Part shown: positions 36,394-43,965 of the stretch, piece by piece | Layout: each line of letters starts with the position of its first letter | Position numbering within the stretch: the stretch's first letter is position 1 | From: Bacteroidota bacterium | Lineage (GTDB): Bacteria; Bacteroidota; Bacteroidia; J057 | Direction of reading: 5' to 3' | Length of the DNA: 64,000 nt | Assembly: GCA_039024315.1 (NCBI GenBank) | Contig: JBCCQN010000005.1 | Span: 23,469 to 87,468, forward strand | The notes under the pieces: model-generated | Databases searched by the model: none | What the model was told of the DNA's origin: nothing | Seen by the model: the letters and a program-made list of their open reading frames with translations, nothing else | Program-made: the position numbers and the translations under genes

Positions 36394-38622
36394 CTAAACT
36401 GGAATTTCAATATTGACCGTGGTACCTCGCCCTAGCTGAGAGTCATACTCACAACTCCCTCCTAAGCTATTGGTGATCGTGTGGATGATTTTCACTCCTT
36501 TCCCTTCAAATTCCTTATCAGCCGTATCGAAGCCTACACCGTCATCAATCACCATCAAGTTTAGGAGATCATCTACCTCTGTTATGTTGATTTCGATATT
36601 TTTGGCGCCGGAGTGTTTGACCGCATTATTGAGCAATTCGGATATTAATGAGTAAAGTTTGACGCGAGTATCCAAACCCAATTTTTCAGCATTAAAATCA
36701 AACACGGGCTCTACTGCTATATTACTGTATTGAGAAGTCTTTTGACACAGTTCTTGGACAGCATCGGCAAAGTAGCGCTTAGCCAAGACAGTCTGCCCAT
36801 TCTCGTGAGAAATCGCTCGAACTTTTTCTTGAATTTGAGAGAGGTTCTCTTCTAAGTTTTGCCAAACTTCTTGATTCAAAGCTCCAAATCCTTGTTTAAA
36901 TGGATGCTTTGCTAAAGTAAAGAGAGCCCCCACGTCATTGTGTAAAGCCAAAGAGATACGCCCTCTTTCTTCTTTTTGTCCTTTGAGCATCGCCAAGATA
37001 GAGTCCGCTTTATTGCTTTCGATCAGATTCTCGATTTGGAGCTTTTGATATTGGACTTCGGCTTTCTGTTTTTCCGCTTCCGCTTTTTGTCTTTCCGCTT
37101 CCGCTTTTTGCTTAGCTATTTCTACCTTTTGGGCTTCAACCTCAGATTCCTTATATGCGGCTAAAATACGCTGTTTTTCAGCCTCGGATTTTTGCTTAGT
37201 CTCTTTAGTTTTTTGAAGATAAAAGATCACACCTACAATCAAAGTAAAAAGGACAAAAACCAATATGAAGTTTCGGACTAGTATTTTTCTCTTCGCCGCC
37301 GCGGCCTGCTCATACAATTTGAGGTTAGTATCAAAGTGTGAGGCTTCGGCTCGTCGTAAGCTACCATTGATCATCTCGACAAGACTATCTTCGGCCTGGC
37401 TGTATTGGTAAGCTTGATCGTAGTCTCCCAATTGAGCATTGAGAAAAGCTAAGTCATCAAGAACGCGACGATGAAGGTCGTTTTGTTGGGTATTAGCGAC
37501 TTTTTCCAAACTTTCACTTAAAGAGATCTGAGCTGATTTAAACTGCTTGGTTTCCAGATACAATTCGCCCAGATTAATGTACGCCAATACCGCACTTCTA
37601 GAACTTTGCGCTCGAGATAAAGCTACCGCCTGTTTATAGTATTGCTCTGCTTTTGTAAAATCTTTTTGTTTTTCGTGAATGGTACCAAGTTGGTTCATTA
37701 ACTTGGTAAAGTCTTCATACTCAATTTGATACTGATCTATTTTCTTATTGAACGCCTTGAACGCTTCTTCCCCTATTGTTAATGCCTCATCTTTTTTTCC
37801 CATTTCCCCCCAAAGTCCAATCAAAGCTACTTCAGCTTTTATCAGAAGAGGAATATTGTTTACTTCTTTGGCGTAAGTCAATAAGTCTTGAAGCTGTGAT
37901 TCGGCCGAATCATAGGCTCCTAATTCCAAATAAATGTTTCCGAGGGAAAGACGATTATAGGCAACACCGGCCTGTTCTTCCAATTCATGCATTACAGATA
38001 AGCTATTGAGGCTATTCTCCAAGGCTTTGTCCAGTTCTCCCTTCTGAAATAAGGCATCAGATAAGTTGATCTGTATATAGGCCGCTACTTTATCATCTTC
38101 AATGTCTTGCCATATATCTAGACCTTTTTGGAAGTGAAATACTGCGGAATCCAAGTTCCCCAACTTCTTATGAATTATCCCTAAATTGTTATGACTATCC
38201 CCTACATTTCCAGTCAGGTCTAGTATTTTTCTCAGGCTCAGCGCCTTTTGCGCAAATTCTAAGGCTTCAACAAGCTCATTTTGACGTTGGGCGATGGTAC
38301 TTTTTTGACTGTAGCAGTCTGAGGCAAGATGAGGATAATCTCTTTTGAGTGCCAATTGTAAAGTCGAATCAAGCATATGTGAAGCTTTTGTATAATCCTT
38401 ACCTGCTTGGATCAGCTCAAAGGCATCATTATTAATAGCCCACAATCCTTCTAGGGAAGTCGAGTTTTGGGCTGATAAATTCGTAGAAGCCATAAAAAGA
38501 AGTACAAATACAACCGCAAATTTTCTTGTTTCTATCAATCCAAAAAACATATATAAGAGCTTATTTATGGCAAGTCTGTGATCATTCTTTTCTGTTGTTA
38601 TCAAACCCTTCATAGGGGACAC
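36394..38622 (-). CDS. TPR-repeat sensor histidine kinase (HisKA_3 + HATPase_c), copy 1
   Basis: 742 aa. The order is an N-terminal signal/TM, about 380 aa of TPR-like repeats, a TM (FILVFVLFTLIVGVIFYL), a KAEAE coiled coil, the H-box ALHNDVGALF, the N-box ELLNNAVKHSGA and the G-box DDGVGFD. Confidence 0.85.
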   Translation of the reverse strand: MSPMKGLITTEKNDHRLAINKLLYMFFGLIETRKFAVVFVLLFMASTNLSAQNSTSLEGLWAINNDAFELIQAGKDYTKASHMLDSTLQLALKRDYPHLASDCYSQKSTIAQRQNELVEALEFAQKALSLRKILDLTGNVGDSHNNLGIIHKKLGNLDSAVFHFQKGLDIWQDIEDDKVAAYIQINLSDALFQKGELDKALENSLNSLSVMHELEEQAGVAYNRLSLGNIYLELGAYDSAESQLQDLLTYAKEVNNIPLLIKAEVALIGLWGEMGKKDEALTIGEEAFKAFNKKIDQYQIEYEDFTKLMNQLGTIHEKQKDFTKAEQYYKQAVALSRAQSSRSAVLAYINLGELYLETKQFKSAQISLSESLEKVANTQQNDLHRRVLDDLAFLNAQLGDYDQAYQYSQAEDSLVEMINGSLRRAEASHFDTNLKLYEQAAAAKRKILVRNFILVFVLFTLIVGVIFYLQKTKETKQKSEAEKQRILAAYKESEVEAQKVEIAKQKAEAERQKAEAEKQKAEVQYQKLQIENLIESNKADSILAMLKGQKEERGRISLALHNDVGALFTLAKHPFKQGFGALNQEVWQNLEENLSQIQEKVRAISHENGQTVLAKRYFADAVQELCQKTSQYSNIAVEPVFDFNAEKLGLDTRVKLYSLISELLNNAVKHSGAKNIEINITEVDDLLNLMVIDDGVGFDTADKEFEGKGVKIIHTITNSLGGSCEYDSQLGRGTTVNIEIPV

Positions 38623-38738
38623 AATTTTTATTTATAAGACGAGGAGTCATAGATTTTTAACCGATGGCCACCTAATTAGCTTTGTGGGACTTACTAAGTA
38701 GCCTGCAATTAAATCAACGGCTCATCAATAATTCATCA

Positions 38739-39419
38739 TTAGAATTTGTTTAAGTTTTCTTGAATCTTAATAAGGTACTCATATACTTTTAGACCGATCT
38801 CTAAGTTTTCGAATCGAATGGTTTTGTGATTAAAACTCCCTAACTCTTTGGTAAAAGCAGGATCTTTTAAACAATTTTCAGCATTCAAACACTTAAAATG
38901 GATTATTTCTACTGCTGGACCAACATTCGTATTGCCTGATTTGTGGGGTAAATGCTCAATACTTATTAACACATCCTTCAAATTTCCAAGTATTCGTCCT
39001 TTGGACGCAGAACCCATATCAAATGAAAAGTTTCCATGACTGTCGAACTTGACAACTGTTCTGCCATTCTTGTTTAATAAATCCTCTAACTCCTTGACAG
39101 GATTTTGATAATCTTCTTTTTGCCGTTTGGAAGTTTTTGGTTCCTCATATAAGAGGCCAATAATGTCAAGGTTTGAAATGAACTCACTGATGCTAACCAC
39201 TAATTTATTCCGCTCAATATTTCCATCACTTTCACTGACTAAATCTAATCTCATTTTCCGCATTAACTCTTTATGTCTTAATCGAAAGTTGACAAGTTCA
39301 GTTTTCTGATTGTCTGGAAGAGTTAACGAACTAATACTCTGAAGGCACTGAAAAATATCTTCAGAACATATTTCCAAAAGTTTATTCTTAGTCATCGTTT
39401 TGTCAGTTATGAGCTTCAA
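38739..39419 (-). CDS. Hypothetical protein (AT-rich orphan-like gene)
   Basis: 226-aa ORF, visibly more AT-rich than the surrounding genes. It has a helical N-terminal about 95 aa and a beta-rich C-terminal half. I recognise no motif. Confidence 0.5.
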   Translation of the reverse strand: MKLITDKTMTKNKLLEICSEDIFQCLQSISSLTLPDNQKTELVNFRLRHKELMRKMRLDLVSESDGNIERNKLVVSISEFISNLDIIGLLYEEPKTSKRQKEDYQNPVKELEDLLNKNGRTVVKFDSHGNFSFDMGSASKGRILGNLKDVLISIEHLPHKSGNTNVGPAVEIIHFKCLNAENCLKDPAFTKELGSFNHKTIRFENLEIGLKVYEYLIKIQENLNKF

Positions 39420-39491
39420 TCAAGATCATACCGCTAAGTATTTCACCGTCCCTTCGACTATAACAATATATACCCATACTACTAAAAAGCG

Positions 39492-39533
39492 ATGATTAAT
39501 ACTATTTTTTTAATAAAAAATAGTATTAATCAT
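39492..39533. repeat. 42-bp near-perfect palindrome
   Basis: atgattaatactatttttt (39492-39510), taat, then aaaaaatagtattaatcat (39515-39533). The arms are 19 bp and perfectly complementary. Confidence 0.7.
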
Positions 39534-39881
39534 TGCACAAATGACTAAAAAATAATTAAGCAGATAAGAAAATTATAGTACTATTACTGTAAACTCTCCG
39601 GTCGCAACAAAAAAACAGAGCTTCCTAGCATAGGAAAGTACGCAGAGAAATTCTGTTTTTGGCAGTGCGAATAAGGTATTTGTGTCTATGATGGTACAGG
39701 CCCTACCACTACAATCAAAAGTAGCGTTTCACATGTGCTTGTTTCTTTTGTAACTCTCGTTTCAATTTAAATTGTTAATGAGAACGATTTAGCTTTCTGC
39801 ATTTATCTCTCCTTAGGCAACAATTATTTCAAAGGCCTAGAGTCAAAGTAGAGCTCAATGCATGATGCCGAAATACTGAGC

Positions 39882-40556
39882 TTAAAAGGTTTGGTGCTTT
39901 TCACTTTCAGATTCTAGTTCAGGGGATATCAGGCCTTCTTTTATTGCCCAAACAACCAATTCAACCGTATTCCCCAGATTCAACTTCTGCAACATATTCC
40001 TGCGATGGGTGTGGACCGTATTTGCAGAGATGAAGAGTTTATTTGCGACTTCCTCTGTAGTTAACCCCTGTTTTAAAAGCTCAACAATTTGAATTTGACG
40101 CTTTGATAATTTTGGCTTGGGGGGTTCATTAGCTTCTCTAATAATTTCTCTTTGTAATTTCACCAACTCTGCACCATAATATTCCTCCCCAGAAGCAACA
40201 GTCCTAATTGCAAGCATAAGTTCATCATAATAATCTGCTTTAAGGATGTATCCTGGAATCCCAATAGTTAGGGCACGACGTAAGAATGCTTTACCTTTAT
40301 GGGTAGTCAGGATCACAATACCTACTCCTTGATATTTTTCTTTTATCTCGATGCTAGCTTCCAGCCCCCCTTTTTTCGGCATTTCAAGGTCCATGACAAC
40401 CAGATTAACCTCATGTTTATGCTTTTCGACGAGTGTAAGAACTTCTTCCCCATCTTCAGCCTGGGCGATTACCCTGACTCCTACCTCATCTTTGAGTAAA
40501 GCCCTAATACCGGCTCTAACAATGTGCATGTCTTCTGCTAAGATAATATTGATCAT
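39882..40556 (-). CDS. NarL/LuxR-family response regulator (paralogue of 35730-36392)
   Basis: It has the REC context LVVMDLEMPK and the HTH SKRQIQIVELLKQGLTTEEVANKLFISANTVHTHRRNMLQKL. The start overlaps the kinase stop by 4 nt. Confidence 0.9.
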   Translation of the reverse strand: MINIILAEDMHIVRAGIRALLKDEVGVRVIAQAEDGEEVLTLVEKHKHEVNLVVMDLEMPKKGGLEASIEIKEKYQGVGIVILTTHKGKAFLRRALTIGIPGYILKADYYDELMLAIRTVASGEEYYGAELVKLQREIIREANEPPKPKLSKRQIQIVELLKQGLTTEEVANKLFISANTVHTHRRNMLQKLNLGNTVELVVWAIKEGLISPELESESEKHQTF

Positions 40557-42592
40557 TTTGCTGATGCTATAGGTATTTTGATTTTCACTGTTGTTCCGTG
40601 ATTTATCTGAGAATCATACTCACAATCTCCATTCAAATTCTTCACCCTACTGAAAATATTCCTCATACCGTCTCCTGTAGGATTTCGGATAAGCGAGGAC
40701 GAAATTCCTTGCCCATCATCTTCGACCATAATTTCGCAATCCAAGGCTGTGATAGTAAGGTAGATTGTAACCAGATCAGCATTTGCATGCTTAAGCGAAT
40801 TATTCAAAAGTTCTATTATTATCGGATAAACTTGCATTTCGAAGTTAGAATCGAGTTCTGCTGAATCATCAATTGTGATGTATTGCTCGATCTCAGGGGG
40901 ACTACTTTGGTTTAGTTTATCTACTAATTCTTCAATAGCAGCCTTTAGACCTAACCGAGTTAAAACACTTGATTTTAGATTCTGTGAAATATTATAAATC
41001 TCGTTACTTACCTTTCTTAAGGTATCCTTGAGGGGGTGATTAGGTACATTCTCTCCTATCTGCTTTGATGCTAAGGTCAACAATGCCCCCACTTCATCGT
41101 GGAGCCTTTTTGCAACTCTTAATCTTTCCGCTTCTTGCCCTTCGGATTTTGCCAGTACGAATTTATTCTCATTTTCCTGAATTAGTTTTGCGATTTCCGC
41201 TTTCTTCTCATCAACAATCCTTTGTTGTTGTAACCTTTTCCTTCTTTGCTGGAAATACAGAATAAGCCCAATAAGAGAAATCAGCAATACCAGAATTATG
41301 GCATTTCTCAGGATAGCATTTCTCTTCGCCGCCGCGGCCTGCTCATACAATTTGAGGTTAGTATCAAAGTGTGAGGCTTCGGCTCGTCGTAAGCTACCAT
41401 CTATCATCTCGACAAGACTATCTTCGGCTTGGCTGTATTGGTAAGCTTGATCGTAGTCTCCCAATTGAGCATTGAGAAAAGCTAAGTCATCAAGAATGCG
41501 ACGATGAAGGTCGTTTTGTTGGGTATTAGCGACCAATTCTAATCCCTTTTTGAGATGTACCTTCGCTGAATCATATTTCTCCATTTCTAGGAAAAGCTCT
41601 CCTAAATCAATATTAGCAAAGGCTTCGTTTCGCAGGTTTATGCCTTTTGAAAATGCCATAGCTTGTTTAAAGTATACTTTGGATTTTTCATAATCCTTTT
41701 TGCTCTTCCAAAGTATACCTAGTAAGTAGGAAACCTTACCAAGGTCCTCATTTTCAATTTGATATACCTCAATATATTCGTCGATATTTTGGAAGACTTC
41801 TTCTCCAATGGTTAAAGCTTCTTTTTGCCTACCCGAGTTGAGAAAAAGTCCCGAAAGACAACTTTTCACTTTTACCTCTAATGGTATATTCTTAGTTTCT
41901 TTAGCAAATTTTAGGAGTGCTTGAAATTGAGATTCCGCCGAGTCAAATGCGCCTAGTTCAAGATAGATATTTCCTAGAGTAAGTCTAGTATAGGCAATCC
42001 CCTGTTTTTTTTTGAGCCTAATTCTAGACTCTAAGCTATAGATTGCTAATTCTAGCGCTTTATCTAATTCTCCTTTGTGATATAGGGCATCTGCCAAATT
42101 ATTTTGAAATAAGGCAACTACTGATTCATCTCCAATCATTTGCCAAATCTCTAAACCCTTTTGAAAATGAAATACAGCAGAATCTAAATCCCCTAGCTTC
42201 TTGTGAATAATGCCCAATCCATTATGGCTATCGCCGATCTTGCCTTTACTGGCTAGGCCTTTTCTGATCGATAGTGCATGCCAAGCATAGTTTAATGCAG
42301 GCTCCAAATCATCTAGTCGTTGTGCCAAGGTACTTTTTTGACTGTAACAATCAGACTCTAGGCTATCAAATTCAAATTTGACCGCTAGTTCTAAGGTAGA
42401 GTCGAGCAAATGAGTAGCTCTGGTAAAATCTCGTCCTGATCTGATCAAAGCATAAGCTGTATCGTTTAGAACCCATAATTCTTGCTCTAACTCAAACAAT
42501 GTATTTATTGGTTCGGCTTTAAGGCCGCTAAAGCAGAACAATAAGCACATAAATGCCCCAGTAAGCTGAAAATTCAGACTACTCCTTAACAT
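40553..42592 (-). CDS. TPR-repeat sensor histidine kinase (HisKA_3 + HATPase_c), copy 2
   Basis: 679 aa with the same architecture as copy 1. The H-box is RLHDEVGALL, the N-box ELLNNSLKHANA and the G-box DDGQGIS. Confidence 0.85.
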   Translation of the reverse strand: MLRSSLNFQLTGAFMCLLFCFSGLKAEPINTLFELEQELWVLNDTAYALIRSGRDFTRATHLLDSTLELAVKFEFDSLESDCYSQKSTLAQRLDDLEPALNYAWHALSIRKGLASKGKIGDSHNGLGIIHKKLGDLDSAVFHFQKGLEIWQMIGDESVVALFQNNLADALYHKGELDKALELAIYSLESRIRLKKKQGIAYTRLTLGNIYLELGAFDSAESQFQALLKFAKETKNIPLEVKVKSCLSGLFLNSGRQKEALTIGEEVFQNIDEYIEVYQIENEDLGKVSYLLGILWKSKKDYEKSKVYFKQAMAFSKGINLRNEAFANIDLGELFLEMEKYDSAKVHLKKGLELVANTQQNDLHRRILDDLAFLNAQLGDYDQAYQYSQAEDSLVEMIDGSLRRAEASHFDTNLKLYEQAAAAKRNAILRNAIILVLLISLIGLILYFQQRRKRLQQQRIVDEKKAEIAKLIQENENKFVLAKSEGQEAERLRVAKRLHDEVGALLTLASKQIGENVPNHPLKDTLRKVSNEIYNISQNLKSSVLTRLGLKAAIEELVDKLNQSSPPEIEQYITIDDSAELDSNFEMQVYPIIIELLNNSLKHANADLVTIYLTITALDCEIMVEDDGQGISSSLIRNPTGDGMRNIFSRVKNLNGDCEYDSQINHGTTVKIKIPIASAK

Positions 42593-42606
42593 TGTGTTGT
42601 TGTTTA

Positions 42607-43020
42607 TTAGTCCAAATCTATTGGACGACGAATTTCATTTGGTGAAGGCTGATTTACAGGATAGGAATTTTTCTTTTTACCATCCACCATTACAACAATT
42701 TCCATTTTTCGATCTGGAAATTCATCAAGCTTAAGTTCTTCCAAGTTTACTACATGAACCAAAGGAGTGGTAAAAGGGAAGTAAAGAACCTCCAAATCTT
42801 GGCTCAGGTATAACTCTACTTCGTAGACATCATCATTCTCTTCTGAAGTACTATTAACCTTTTCTTTTGGAGTAGTATTAACCTTCGAACCTGATGCAAC
42901 GTATCGGCAGTCGGAAACCTCTGTAACCGTGTGTAAGGCGTAGCCAACAAGTCGATCATTGCCTTCGTCATCTTTTTCAATGATTTTGGCGTAAGTGTAA
43001 TATAGATCGGTGATATCCAT
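42607..43020 (-). CDS. Hypothetical 137-aa protein (two beta-rich halves joined by an acidic/Ser-Thr linker)
   Basis: The ORF sits 17 nt after the metacaspase stop and 14 nt before the kinase start, on the same strand. The linker is KVNTTPKEKVNSTSEENDD. Confidence 0.55.
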   Translation of the reverse strand: MDITDLYYTYAKIIEKDDEGNDRLVGYALHTVTEVSDCRYVASGSKVNTTPKEKVNSTSEENDDVYEVELYLSQDLEVLYFPFTTPLVHVVNLEELKLDEFPDRKMEIVVMVDGKKKNSYPVNQPSPNEIRRPIDLD

Positions 43021-43037
43021 AATGAGTAGGGAGTATG

Positions 43038-43775
43038 TTAGATGGTAAAGGGAATTTGCTCTTTAAAGATTATACCGTGAGGCCCAGAGTAACTCAACAT
43101 TACCGATTGCTGAGCGCCATATTTTCTTCGTATTTTTTTCTTAATCGCTCGTTTAAAAGCCAAATAGTTTCCTTCAAACTCTCCCTCATCCCATACTTCT
43201 AGTAAGCATTCGGTAAAACGTCCGTTTTCCTCTCCCTCATATGCTTCTTGATTATCCGCTGTACCAGAAAGCAATATCACACTGGCCAGCGGTTCGTCCT
43301 GCTCCTCCGTAGGCACCTCTTCGACCGTATCTGCTAGACCATATTTATGGATAGAGCCACCATGACAACAATCTGACACCACCAGTATGCGAACTCCTGC
43401 TGGAAACTCACAAAATAGTTCGTTCAGTTTATCATCTACAAACAATCCATCAAATAAGCAAAGGTTTTCATCTTTACCGTCCCCCTCTTCCTCATCTCCA
43501 TTTTGGTCTTTGGTCTGATAACCATGCCCAGCGTATGTGAGTAAGAAGATATCCCCAGCTTTTACTTTGTCTTTGATAGATCGCACCCCACTAATAAAAG
43601 CGCTAATGGTAGCCTCCTCATTTTGCAAACAAGTAGTTTTAAACTTTTGTTTAGCAGCCAGATCGCGCATAGAGATCATATCCTTAACCGCAACATCTAA
43701 AGGCCACTCGCTGCCATTGTAGTCGTCAGAATTGACAAAATCCAATCCCACATGCAATGAATATCCGTTTGCCAT
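43038..43775 (-). CDS. Metacaspase/orthocaspase-like (Peptidase C14) protease
   Basis: The His context is FLLTYAGHGY. It is followed by the metacaspase-type acidic insert DQNGDEEEGDGKDENLCLFDG and the Cys context ILVVSDCCHGG. I chose the ATG at 43775 (MANGYSLHVGLDF); the track ORF starts at the TTG at 43811. Confidence 0.8.
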   Translation of the reverse strand: MANGYSLHVGLDFVNSDDYNGSEWPLDVAVKDMISMRDLAAKQKFKTTCLQNEEATISAFISGVRSIKDKVKAGDIFLLTYAGHGYQTKDQNGDEEEGDGKDENLCLFDGLFVDDKLNELFCEFPAGVRILVVSDCCHGGSIHKYGLADTVEEVPTEEQDEPLASVILLSGTADNQEAYEGEENGRFTECLLEVWDEGEFEGNYLAFKRAIKKKIRRKYGAQQSVMLSYSGPHGIIFKEQIPFTI

Positions 43776-43911
43776 AGCTTTAGTTTTAAACGCAACTTTC
43801 CTGTTTCTCAATTATCAAAACATTTGAGAAGACACGCTTTTCGAAAAATCAGTTATTGCAGATAATGTAACTTATGGAAAGATAATTAGCGATGTCTTAT
43901 ATACCAAATGT

Positions 43912-43936
43912 TAGGGAGCAATTTGATTGCTCCCTA
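43912..43936 (-). terminator. Strong hairpin between the 1244-aa gene and the metacaspase operon (probable terminator/insulator)
   Basis: tagggagcaat-ttg-attgctcccta forms a perfect 11-bp stem. The T-rich tail is better on the plus side (ttatttta), so the orientation is uncertain. Confidence 0.5.
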
Positions 43937-43965
43937 TTATTTTATCTATACCATTTTTCTGGTAT

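Noticed and set aside
36394-42592. Detocs-type defensive two-component system (TPR histidine kinase)
   Set aside because: These kinases are membrane-anchored HisKA_3 enzymes paired with ordinary LuxR DNA-binding regulators. There is no receiver-only buffer protein and no receiver-effector fusion, so the architecture is not Detocs. Only the idea of TPR-based sensing is shared.
38739-43020. Bacterial gasdermin next to the caspase-like proteases (226-aa or 137-aa ORFs)
   Set aside because: Neither protein shows the expected size or organisation, or an N-terminal Cys near position 3-4. I see no gasdermin-like features and cannot support the call without structure prediction.
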